From Gammaproteobacteria bacterium (GTDB lineage: Bacteria > Pseudomonadota > Gammaproteobacteria > CBDBNL01 > JAAOII01), in NCBI GenBank assembly GCA_965209035.1, contig OZ242372.1, positions 32,001 through 96,000 on the forward strand: DNA of 64,000 nt, read 5' to 3'. How positions within the stretch are numbered: position 1 is the first letter of the stretch; each line of letters starts with the position of its first letter. Both the position numbers and the translations under genes were made by a program. Shown here piece after piece: positions 1-9,214 of the stretch. A model generated the notes under the pieces. That model was not told where the DNA came from and searched no databases. It saw only the letters and a list, made by a program, of their open reading frames with translations.

Positions 1-1
1 G

Positions 2-463
2 GCACGCAACGACCTCGGGCGAATTGCCGAAACGGGCACAGTGGAAGTGACGGATAACTTTTCGGTGGAACGATATTCGCGAGTGATGCATATCGTTTCC
101 AATGTGCGCGGCAAACTCCGAAAGGGATTAAATGCTATGGATGTTCTGCGCGCATCCTTGCCTGCCGGCACCCTAAGCGGTGCCCCCAAAATACGCGCCA
201 TTGAAATTATTGACGAACTGGAAGAGGAGCAGCGCGGCGTTTACGGCGGTGCTCTGGGGTATCTGGGCTGGAACGGTAATATGGATCTGTGCATCTGCAT
301 CCGAACGATTGTCATTAAAGACGGTTTTATTTATGTTCAGGCGGGCGGCGGAGTTGTTGCGGATTCGCAGCCGGACACCGAATGGGAAGAAACCCTGAAC
401 AAACGGCGGGCTATTTTTCAGGTGATGAATATGCTCAACGCAACCAACAGAAATGAAGCATAA
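2..463 (+). CDS. trpE: Anthranilate synthase component I, C-terminal part (5'-truncated by window edge)
   Basis: Frame open from position 2 ([16 protein letters not shown]...). Chorismate-binding motifs [39 protein letters not shown]. Confidence 0.9.
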   Translation, partial: ARNDLGRIAETGTVEVTDNFSVERYSRVMHIVSNVRGKLRKGLNAMDVLRASLPAGTLSGAPKIRAIEIIDELEEEQRGVYGGALGYLGWNGNMDLCICIRTIVIKDGFIYVQAGGGVVADSQPDTEWEETLNKRRAIFQVMNMLNATNRNEA

Positions 464-1240
464 ATGAAGCAAGAAGGAGCATCCTCCGCGGGATTTGTCG
501 GCGATTTTTGGCAGGGTGCGGCGACCGCTCGGCCAATTGTTTTGGGATATTTCGGCATCGGATTAACCTGCGGCATCGCCGGAGCGAACGCAGGCTTATC
601 GCCGAGCGAAGTATTCTGTTTGTCTTTGTTGGTGTTCGCGGGATCCGCCCAATTTGTATTCGCCCAGTTATGGACAGCCGGTGCCTGGGTTCTTTGGCCG
701 GCAATATTCTTTCTGAACTTTCGTCATTTTTTGTATTCCGCCTCCTTTGCACCCTTGGTGCGCGAACTTTCTCCCAAAATGCGTTTTGGCATAGGAACAC
801 AACTAACCGACGAGACCTTTTCGCTGGCATCGGCCATTCTCAACGGTCGTCATCTGCGCACAGGTTCTTGGATGCTGGGACTGAACCTTGCTGCTTATTC
901 TTCATGGTGCCTCAGTAATCTGTTGGGAGCACTCTTGGGAGATAACCTTGAAGGCACGGATGCCCTGGGGCTGGATTTTGCTTTGCCGGCTATGTATGCG
1001 GCCATCTTTGTGCTGTTAGTCAGGGCATTCCGCAAAGAAAAAAACACCATTTTAATGGTTGCTGTTGTTGCCGCCGGAGCGACCATTGGACTGGGGCTGT
1101 TGTACCCGCATCCAAGCAATGTTTTAATCGCCGCAATGCTGGCGGCGAGTTTGGGGTTAATCTTCTTCGGTCCTAAGAAAGCCAAAAAAGCCGGGAAAAC
1201 AAAGAATAACTCCGGCAAACAGAGCCAGCCGCCCGCCTAA
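464..1240 (+). CDS. azlC: AzlC-family branched-chain amino acid exporter permease
   Basis: Motifs SLLVFAGSAQF, NFRHFLYS, LTDETF, GLDFALPA; hydrophobic; abuts the trpE stop. Confidence 0.85.
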   Translation: MKQEGASSAGFVGDFWQGAATARPIVLGYFGIGLTCGIAGANAGLSPSEVFCLSLLVFAGSAQFVFAQLWTAGAWVLWPAIFFLNFRHFLYSASFAPLVRELSPKMRFGIGTQLTDETFSLASAILNGRHLRTGSWMLGLNLAAYSSWCLSNLLGALLGDNLEGTDALGLDFALPAMYAAIFVLLVRAFRKEKNTILMVAVVAAGATIGLGLLYPHPSNVLIAAMLAASLGLIFFGPKKAKKAGKTKNNSGKQSQPPA

Positions 1241-1253
1241 GTTTCATCACTGC

Positions 1254-1583
1254 ATGCTACCGAGACCGGAAATTCTGCTTCTCATTTTGGGATGCCTTGC
1301 CGTTACCATCCTGCCCCGGGTCTTCCCTCTTTTAATGATTGACAAGGTATCACCGGGACCGCGCGCCCTGACATGGCTGCGGTATGTGGTCCCGGCGGTG
1401 ATCGTGTCGCTTCTTTTTCAAGATGTCCTCACGGGGGCGGAGGGAATGCTCAACCCGCTTCCGATCGCCAAGATCATTGCGACTGTTGCGGCCCTTTTCA
1501 TTGCCTTTGTCAGCCGCAGCATCATATGGACGGTGGTGGGCAGTATCGGTTGTTATGCCTTCCTTAAAATCTTACTGCCATGA
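1254..1583 (+). CDS. azlD: AzlD-family small membrane subunit
   Basis: 109-aa hydrophobic protein after azlC; VTILPRVFP and WLRYVVPAV motifs. Confidence 0.8.
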   Translation: MLPRPEILLLILGCLAVTILPRVFPLLMIDKVSPGPRALTWLRYVVPAVIVSLLFQDVLTGAEGMLNPLPIAKIIATVAALFIAFVSRSIIWTVVGSIGCYAFLKILLP

Positions 1584-2989
1584 ACGAGACCGGACAAACA
1601 ATAAATACAATGGATACCGGTCAGTATCAAAAGATATTTTCGCTGCTTAAAAGCGAAAAGCAGGGTTTGCTCGTTTCCGGCGGGGCGGGTACCGGCAAGA
1701 CCACTTTTATTGAGTACCTCGGCAGCCCGGAAGGGATTGACGCCTATCGGCTCGCGGAGAAAATGGCGATTGTTGCCCCGACAGGTGTTGCCGCCATGCG
1801 GGCCGGCGGGTCAACCATTCATTCTATGTTTGAATTCCCGCCGGAAAGCTTTGATTATCAAACCAAACAGTTTGCCGGCGGCGAAGAAATCACGCCGATG
1901 GAACACAAAAAAGAACTCTTTGCCGAAATGCATCTTCTGGTCATTGACGAGGTCTCCATGGTGCGCGCCGACTTGATGGATGCCATTAATCTGTCGCTTC
2001 AAGTGCATCGCGGCAACAAGAAACCGTTTGGCGGTCTTAAGGTGCTGTTTATCGGCGATATTTTTCAATTACAGCCGGTGGTGAACCGGGAGGACATGCC
2101 TTTATTACAAAAACTTTATCTCGAAAAAAACGGGATGTTCTTTTTTGAATCTCTGGTCTTTGACGAGATGCGGGCGCGCGATCGCTTGGCGTACTTTGAA
2201 CTCAACATTCCTTACCGGTTTGGACAAACCGAGGAAGAGCGAAACGGTGAATTCCCCGCCATGCTGAACAGGTTGCGGCACGGGAACACGCAGGATCTGT
2301 CTCGTCTTAACAAACACTTAAACCGCCCGTCTCACTGGCAAAAACTTCTGGAAAAGGGGGCTGTGATGCTAACCGGGCTGAGGAGAAATGCGGAATCCTA
2401 TAATGAAAAAAAATTGGGGGAACTTGAGGGCGAAGAAACGGAGTTCATCGGCGAAGCCGAGGGCAAGTGTGCCAATTACAAAAACAACAGCCTTCCCGCA
2501 CCGATTCAGTTGCTATTAAAAAAGGGTGCCAGGGTCATTTTTGTTCGCAATCATGCAAACGGCAAGTGGCGCAATGGCACACTCGGGACTGTGGAAGACT
2601 TCGGCAGCGACGACTCGGACGAAGAATACATTTCAGTGGAATTGGATAGCGGAGAAACTGTCCGAGTGAAACAAGAATCCTGGGAGATGGCATCTTACCG
2701 ATACGACCCGTCGGTGAAAAATATTATCAAAGAAGAGGACGGCAAGTACACGCAATTTCCGCTGATGCTATCCTGGGCTCTGACAATTCACCGCGCCCAG
2801 GGGCAAACTTTGGATCTGGCGGTTGTGAATCTGCACCGGGCGTTCAGCGCCGGGCAGACCTATGTGGCCTTGAGCCGTTGCCGGCAGGCCAAGCATTTGG
2901 GATTGATGCATCCGCTCAAAGCGCAAGATCTTATATGCCACAAAGCGGTGAATCATTTTTATGATACAATTCTTACGAAATATATCTGA
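1580..2989 (+). CDS. PIF1/RecD-like SF1B DNA helicase
   Basis: GGAGTGKT, APTGVAA, TIHS, IDEVSMV, FGG, GDIFQLQPV, QFPLMLSWALTIHRAQGQT, YVALSR; ATGA overlap with azlD. Confidence 0.9.
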   Translation: MNETGQTINTMDTGQYQKIFSLLKSEKQGLLVSGGAGTGKTTFIEYLGSPEGIDAYRLAEKMAIVAPTGVAAMRAGGSTIHSMFEFPPESFDYQTKQFAGGEEITPMEHKKELFAEMHLLVIDEVSMVRADLMDAINLSLQVHRGNKKPFGGLKVLFIGDIFQLQPVVNREDMPLLQKLYLEKNGMFFFESLVFDEMRARDRLAYFELNIPYRFGQTEEERNGEFPAMLNRLRHGNTQDLSRLNKHLNRPSHWQKLLEKGAVMLTGLRRNAESYNEKKLGELEGEETEFIGEAEGKCANYKNNSLPAPIQLLLKKGARVIFVRNHANGKWRNGTLGTVEDFGSDDSDEEYISVELDSGETVRVKQESWEMASYRYDPSVKNIIKEEDGKYTQFPLMLSWALTIHRAQGQTLDLAVVNLHRAFSAGQTYVALSRCRQAKHLGLMHPLKAQDLICHKAVNHFYDTILTKYI

Positions 2990-3209
2990 TTCTTCTTTTA
3001 TGACTTCTTATCTTTTTGTGATGCATCTTTTCCAAAACTTCCTAAAAGCTACCCCCAATTTTTCCCGAAACCTAAAAATAACCGTAAATAACCGTAAATA
3101 ACTTGGACATCTCCCGCTCACCACACACAGCCCGGCACAGGCATTCTCAAACCTCGAAAACCTCTCAAACCTCGAAAAACCCGGGCAAAAACATAAAGGA
3201 CAGACTGCA

Positions 3210-3869
3210 ATGAGTTTGGCTGTTTTTGATTTGGATCATACCATTCTGGAAGGGGATAGCGATTCCAACTGGCTGATATTCCTTGCGGGCAAAAACCTGG
3301 TGAGCAAGGAAACTGTCTTACAAAAAAATGCGGGGTTTTACCGGGATTACATGGCGGGCAAATTAAACTATAACGCTTATGCGGAATTTGCCTTTGGCAT
3401 TATCAGTAATATCCCGCTTGCGCGTTTGAAGGTGTTACGCCGTGCCTATTTTAAAGAGAAGATTCTGCCGATGATTCGTGTCAAAGCGGTAAAAAGAATT
3501 AACGCACACCGAAAGAGCGGACATAAGATCGTCATATCCACCGCCACCAACGACTTCATCGCCTATCCGGTTGTCAGATACTTGAAGGCGGACGACCTTT
3601 TGGCAACCTCTTTGGAAAAGTCGGATGACGGCTTTACCGGCAAGTATCACGGCATTCCCAATTTTCGCGAAGGGAAGGTTACGAATTTTCTTAATTGGCT
3701 GAAAACAAACCACGAACATCAGTTGGCAACCACTTATTTTTACTCTGATTCTATTAATGATCTGCCGCTTCTCCAAATTGTCGGTTATCCGCGCGTCGTC
3801 AACGGCGACGCCGAACTGACCGCCAAGGCCGAAGAATTCGGCTGGCGTCATTGCAATTTTAGTTCTTAG
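3210..3869 (+). CDS. HAD-superfamily subfamily IB hydrolase (SerB-like phosphatase)
   Basis: FDLDHT motif I, ISTAT, GK, YSDSINDLPLL; AAGGA RBS upstream. Confidence 0.9.
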   Translation: MSLAVFDLDHTILEGDSDSNWLIFLAGKNLVSKETVLQKNAGFYRDYMAGKLNYNAYAEFAFGIISNIPLARLKVLRRAYFKEKILPMIRVKAVKRINAHRKSGHKIVISTATNDFIAYPVVRYLKADDLLATSLEKSDDGFTGKYHGIPNFREGKVTNFLNWLKTNHEHQLATTYFYSDSINDLPLLQIVGYPRVVNGDAELTAKAEEFGWRHCNFSS

Positions 3870-3907
3870 CCGGCATTAGACATTAGGCATTAGGTATTAA
3901 AAGTAAA

Positions 3908-5785
3908 ATGGCACGTCGTTCCGCCATTCGCGAAGCCACAGCGGTTAGCCCCCGGCAGATATGGAATAGGCTCCGCCAGGCTTCCAAAAAACCGCAAACA
4001 AGCGGGCAAATCAGTTGGCGCGAGATTCTGGGAAACATCTTTGCCAAGCGGGGTATGCTCTTACGAGCGAATATTTTGGCATTACTCTCCATGATGGCAA
4101 CCATCTGTTTGCCGTTGCTTCTGCCGCTTCTGGTAGATGAAATCATTCTGGGCGCCGAGGGACCCATATTACCGGTTCTCCGTTCGTTCTTGCCTTCTTT
4201 CATGCATACTTCCTTGGGATTTGTGGCGTTCATTACCGTCTTGTCCGTTTGTTTGCGTTTTGTCGGTCTGGGGCTGGATATCCTCCAAACGCGCATCTTC
4301 GCGAATATTGCCAAACACATTACATACTCCGTCCGCAAACGGGTTCTGTCTTACTTGCAAAATGTTTCCATGCACGAGTTTGAAGTCCTGGGCAGTGGCA
4401 AGGTTGCCAATCATTTGACAACCGACATCGCCACCATTGACGATTTTATCGGCCAGGCGCTCAGTCGTTTTTTGCTGGGGATGTTTTCTTTGGTAGGTGT
4501 TTTGGTCGTGATGATATGGATCAGCCCGCTGCTCACCTTATTTCTGGTCGTATTTAATCCGTTCGTTGCCGTGTTCGGTCGTTACTTGGGCAAGTACATC
4601 AAACAATTAAAGAAAAAAGAAAACGCCAGTTTGGATATGTTCCAGACGGCACTGACGGAGACGATGGAATCTGTTCAGCAGATCCGGGTTAGCCATCGCG
4701 AAAAAATCTTTTTTGGTCGTCTCACCGAGCTTGCTGACAAGGTGCGCCTGACTTCCGTTAACTTCGGCTGGCGCAACGATGCGGCCGAGCGTCTCAGCAC
4801 CTTCGTGTTTATGTTCGGTTTTGATCTGTTTCGCGCGCTTGCCATTCTGTTGGTCGCACTGACTACCCTGACGATCGGTCAGATGTTTGCAATGTTTGGT
4901 TATCTTTGGTTCATGCTGGGTTCGGTGCAGTCTATCTTGCAGATACAATTCAGTTTTTACAGTGCCTACGGCGCGTTGGAACGCATCAACGGTCTCTTGA
5001 ACCTGCCCGCGGAAAAACACATTCCCTGTCGGGTTAACCCGTTCGTGCCGGGCGAGCCGGCATCTTTGGAAATCAAAGATCTGACTTTTGGTTATCAACC
5101 GGATAAATCTATTTTAAAAAATCTGTCTCTTGCCGTGGCGGCCGGTGAAAAGGTGGGTATCCGCGGCGAGAGTGGCTGTGGAAAATCCACTATGGTGCAG
5201 GTTTTGTTGGGTCTTTACCGCCACTCAAAAGGGAGCATGTTGTTTAATCGGCTGGATATTGCCAAGATCGGCTACCAAACTGTTCGCTCCAACACGGCGA
5301 CCGTGTTGCAGCATCCGGGTCAGTTAAATACCACCGTCCGGGTTAATCTTTGCTTGGGCAAAGAACACTCGGAACGCGAACTCTGGCATGCTCTGGAAAT
5401 TGCCCAACTGGCGGATTTTGTGGCGGACATGCCGGACGGGCTGGACAGTATGGTTGGCAATCGGGGGGTGCGTCTTTCCGGCGGGCAGCGGCAACGCCTT
5501 GCCATTGCCCGGGCGGCCCTGACCCGACCGAGCATTCTCATTTTGGATGAGGCAACTTCCGCGTTGGACGAAGCGACCGAAACGAAATTGCACGGTTCTT
5601 TAAATAAGCACTTCCATAGCATCACCACTTTAATTATTGCACACAGAAGAAGCGCACTCAAACAGACGGATATCGTCTATACTCTTGCGGACGGTAGCTT
5701 ACTTGCGGCGTCGGAGAATAACCTGTCCGTAACGGGGACGGGTACAGAAGCCGCATTCGGCGGAAGGGTACAAACCATCCGATGA
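3908..5785 (+). CDS. ABC exporter, fused permease and ATP-binding protein
   Basis: N-terminal TM domain; Walker A GESGCGKS, signature LSGGQRQR, Walker B ILILDEATSALD, IAHR. Confidence 0.92.
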   Translation: MARRSAIREATAVSPRQIWNRLRQASKKPQTSGQISWREILGNIFAKRGMLLRANILALLSMMATICLPLLLPLLVDEIILGAEGPILPVLRSFLPSFMHTSLGFVAFITVLSVCLRFVGLGLDILQTRIFANIAKHITYSVRKRVLSYLQNVSMHEFEVLGSGKVANHLTTDIATIDDFIGQALSRFLLGMFSLVGVLVVMIWISPLLTLFLVVFNPFVAVFGRYLGKYIKQLKKKENASLDMFQTALTETMESVQQIRVSHREKIFFGRLTELADKVRLTSVNFGWRNDAAERLSTFVFMFGFDLFRALAILLVALTTLTIGQMFAMFGYLWFMLGSVQSILQIQFSFYSAYGALERINGLLNLPAEKHIPCRVNPFVPGEPASLEIKDLTFGYQPDKSILKNLSLAVAAGEKVGIRGESGCGKSTMVQVLLGLYRHSKGSMLFNRLDIAKIGYQTVRSNTATVLQHPGQLNTTVRVNLCLGKEHSERELWHALEIAQLADFVADMPDGLDSMVGNRGVRLSGGQRQRLAIARAALTRPSILILDEATSALDEATETKLHGSLNKHFHSITTLIIAHRRSALKQTDIVYTLADGSLLAASENNLSVTGTGTEAAFGGRVQTIR

Positions 5786-5941
5786 CAGGTCCCTTGTTAT
5801 ATTGTTATAATATTAATGATATCAATCACTGAAAAATGAGTTTGCCAATCCACATGACAAGTTTTAAGAAACCTGTGCCGCGGCGTCTCGGATAGCCCCG
5901 GGATAAGGCGAGTTAATAAAAATCGTAAGCCCGCTTCGTTC

Positions 5942-6850
5942 ATTAAAAAAGTCATTAAACAAATCATTAAACAAGCGCTTTCGGCTCAAGGTTGGTCACT
6001 CTTAAAACTGAGCGGAGAAGACAGCAAAAATTTTCTGCAAGGGCATCTCACTTGCGATCTGCGGCAACTTGAAAAGCAGTCCGCAATCTTGGGTGCCGCA
6101 TGCAATCTTAAGGGCAGGGTCGTCGCCAGTGCGTATGTGATTCGCACCGAAACTCCGGGAGAATTCTATTTGTTTTTGCCAACCGAAATTCTGTCAATTT
6201 TATTGAACTTTTGGAAGTTGTATCTGCCCCTGTATCGTCGCTGCCAACAGTCCGTCTGTGCGGGAGACATCGTGATTGTCCCGCAGCAGACATATACCCA
6301 CACCAAAAAACTCCCCGGCGGCGACCTGTGCCGGTCCTTTCCCTTTATAGAAGAAACGAATCTGGTGCTCATTCCGGCTGATTCCAAAAATAGCGACAGG
6401 CCAACGCAGCAGCCACAAGAGGCATCCAATATATCAAATACATGGAATGCTTTTTTAATGCGGCAAAAAACACCGTTCATTCTTGCCGCAAGTAGCGGGA
6501 AGTGGACCCCGCAGATGCTTGGCTACGACCGTCTCGGGGCGGTCAGCTATGAAAAAGGTTGTTATCTTGGTCAAGAAGTGGTCGCCCGCACGCATTACTT
6601 GGGCAAGGCCAGCCGCACCTGCCGTTTGTTGGAGGTCACCGTACCGGAACCGAAGCCGGGCATGATTTTTTACAATGCCAAAGGCGACAAAAGCGGAGAG
6701 GCGGTCAATGTGTGTCCTGCCGGCAGCGATACCGATGCCGATGCCACCCCCAATTTTTGGCGTTGTCTGGCAATTCTTAATAATAACCCCGTGGATCTGG
6801 AACAATTTTGGACCGACAGAGAGCAAAAGGTTCCTTTGCATTTGTTATGA
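5942..6850 (+). CDS. ygfZ: YgfZ/GcvT-family folate-binding Fe-S/tRNA-modification factor (start uncertain)
   Basis: Signature KGCYLGQE. The in-frame region upstream of the ORF-track start (6089) encodes the conserved N-terminal LKLSGEDSKNFLQGHLTCD, so the real start lies upstream of 6002; 5942 is a placeholder. Confidence 0.8.
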   Translation: MKKVIKQIIKQALSAQGWSLLKLSGEDSKNFLQGHLTCDLRQLEKQSAILGAACNLKGRVVASAYVIRTETPGEFYLFLPTEILSILLNFWKLYLPLYRRCQQSVCAGDIVIVPQQTYTHTKKLPGGDLCRSFPFIEETNLVLIPADSKNSDRPTQQPQEASNISNTWNAFLMRQKTPFILAASSGKWTPQMLGYDRLGAVSYEKGCYLGQEVVARTHYLGKASRTCRLLEVTVPEPKPGMIFYNAKGDKSGEAVNVCPAGSDTDADATPNFWRCLAILNNNPVDLEQFWTDREQKVPLHLL

Positions 6851-8841
6851 GCATAAGAAATAAAAATGATGGGTTTTGCCGCGGGTTGCCGTTCGGGACC
6901 GTGTTACTTCTGCTTCTTTTGTTGCCCGCCTGCGGCCCGGAAGATGCGAAACCGCCTTCAACAGGCCCAAACGGGGACGGAAACAGTAACCGCCTTTCTT
7001 TGAACGATGTCATGCGTGCATCTCTGGGAGCGGCGGAAACGGACAGATGGGAAGTGCGTCTGCCGACGGCCGGTTCTTTGGTGGTTTACACTCAGGGCAC
7101 TTTGAATACTCTGGGTGTTTTGGAGGATCAAGACGGGACAGTTCTGGTCAGAACGGAAAGAACGGACTTGAACAATTTTTATCTTTGCCGCAACCTGTTA
7201 GCCGGAACCTACTATATCCGGGTTTCGGAAACCACGGGGCGTGGCGGGGAATACGCGATTCGCACGGATTTTGATGAAGAAGGCAACTGCGGGATTGGCG
7301 ATTTCAATCAATGGAACCTGGACGATTACGGCATTCGGGAGCTGCATGCGCGCGGCATTACGGGAGAGGGCGTTCGGATTGCCGTGGTGGACGGCGATGT
7401 GGAAATCGGACACGAAGATCTGGAAGGAAATTTAATACCCGGCCTCAGTCATAACTATGAGGATCAAAGCGATGACCCCAGCCCGGCTTCCGGCTCGGAC
7501 AGACACGGGACCGCGGTGACAGGGGTCATTGCCGCAAGTGCCGACAATGGCATAGGAATTACCGGCGTGGCGGGGAAGGCTTCTTTTTACGCTCTTAATC
7601 TTCTCAAAGAGCCGACAACCGTGAATATCGCCAATGCAATGATTCGCCACACCAACATCACGGATATTGTCAGCAACAGTTGGTCCGCCGGCTCGGATCT
7701 CAATGTGTTCCATTCGCCGTCAAAACAGTGGGAGATGGCAATAGAGAAAGGATTGCGAGAAGGAGCAAACGGCAAGGGGACTGTGTATGTTTGGTCGGCG
7801 GGTAACGGCAGAAGAATTCAAGCCAGTGCCAATTACGACGGCTATGGCAACCATTACGGGGGGATGAGTATCTGCGCGCTAAACAGACAAAGACAAATTA
7901 CGGCTTACAGCGAGCCGGGCGCGAATCTTTGGGTCTGTGCCCCGGGCGGAGAGGATAGTGATAGAATTACCACTACGGACCTGACCGGTGCCGGCGGTTA
8001 TAACAGTGGCAGAAGCAGAAACGATTACCGCAACCCGGATTACACTGCGAGGTATAGTGGCACATCGGCATCGGCGCCGTTTGTTTCCGGGGTGGTGGCT
8101 CTCATGCGCCAGGTTCATTCGAATTTAACCTGGCGAGATGTCAAGTTAATTCTCGCCCAAACTGCCGATCAAAGCGATGCCCCCGGTTGGTTGCAAGGAG
8201 CGCCGGTTTATGACCCGAACTTGCCGAACAGCCCCGCGAATTACTCCGTTCATGCGCGCACTTTTGTCAGAGGGTTTCGCCGACCCGAGCGCATCTATTC
8301 TTTTCATCGCATTCATGATTACGGATTTGGGATTATTAACGCAACCAAAGCGGTCGCGGCGGCGGCGAATTGGAACCCGGTTCCGCCGATGCAACCTGCC
8401 GAAGTTTATTCTTCCGGTCCGGTAGGGCTGAAAATCCCGGACATCAATTTTGATAGGGTTCCTTACGATCTATTCTTGCTGCCCGAACCGATCGGATTAA
8501 TCGGGATCACGGATTACCGGGCAAGTACTGTCCAACATTCCATAACGGTCAATGACAGTAATATCACCTTTGTGGAGTACATAGAAATTCGGACGAACAT
8601 TGCCCACTCCAATGCGGGCAATTTGGAAATAGAACTGGTTGCTCCGAGCGGGCAAGTGAGTCTTCTCAATGATCTGCGTACCTGTACCGGCAGATGCGGT
8701 TCCTTGGCGGGTCACCGTTTTGGCAGTGCACTGCATCTGGGCGAAAACCCCAACGGGAATTGGACCCTGATGGTCAGGGATTTGGCAACGGAGCACAACG
8801 GCACATTAAACGATTGGAATCTGAGGTTTTACGGGCATTAA
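6847..8841 (+). CDS. Kexin/furin-like S8 serine protease lipoprotein with PPC-like and P domains (copy 1)
   Basis: Lipobox LLLLPAC; catalytic VVDGD, RHGTAV, AGNG, GTSASAP; LTWRDV, YGFG; C-terminal P-domain (LEIELVAPSG...GENPNGNWTL). ATG 6847 overlaps the ygfZ stop. Confidence 0.9.
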   Translation: MSIRNKNDGFCRGLPFGTVLLLLLLLPACGPEDAKPPSTGPNGDGNSNRLSLNDVMRASLGAAETDRWEVRLPTAGSLVVYTQGTLNTLGVLEDQDGTVLVRTERTDLNNFYLCRNLLAGTYYIRVSETTGRGGEYAIRTDFDEEGNCGIGDFNQWNLDDYGIRELHARGITGEGVRIAVVDGDVEIGHEDLEGNLIPGLSHNYEDQSDDPSPASGSDRHGTAVTGVIAASADNGIGITGVAGKASFYALNLLKEPTTVNIANAMIRHTNITDIVSNSWSAGSDLNVFHSPSKQWEMAIEKGLREGANGKGTVYVWSAGNGRRIQASANYDGYGNHYGGMSICALNRQRQITAYSEPGANLWVCAPGGEDSDRITTTDLTGAGGYNSGRSRNDYRNPDYTARYSGTSASAPFVSGVVALMRQVHSNLTWRDVKLILAQTADQSDAPGWLQGAPVYDPNLPNSPANYSVHARTFVRGFRRPERIYSFHRIHDYGFGIINATKAVAAAANWNPVPPMQPAEVYSSGPVGLKIPDINFDRVPYDLFLLPEPIGLIGITDYRASTVQHSITVNDSNITFVEYIEIRTNIAHSNAGNLEIELVAPSGQVSLLNDLRTCTGRCGSLAGHRFGSALHLGENPNGNWTLMVRDLATEHNGTLNDWNLRFYGH

Positions 8842-9214
8842 TCGTCAATTGTTCGGTTATGCCGAGCGACCCGCTGCCGGTCATATCTCACTCCGGTTAA
8901 GCACAAAACCGGCCTCGTTTTGAGTGCCTATCTCAAAGAGTGCACCAAGGATGCCACCGGCACCGCGAGCGTGGCTTTACTCCGCAGGCTTCTCAAAATG
9001 GACCGGCGCGGATTATAATTTAACAACGGGTATTGCACCGGCAGGTTGAATTCACCCCATTAATAACGATGCAACATAACAATTAATGAATCAACGAATC
9101 CGCTTAACTTTTTATCGGCTCGGTTGGTGAGAGGAACATCCAACATCCGCCCGGCTGTCATGCTCGGTATGGGCACAGGGCATTCATAATAAGATTCTTA
9201 GTTTTTATCCTTTA

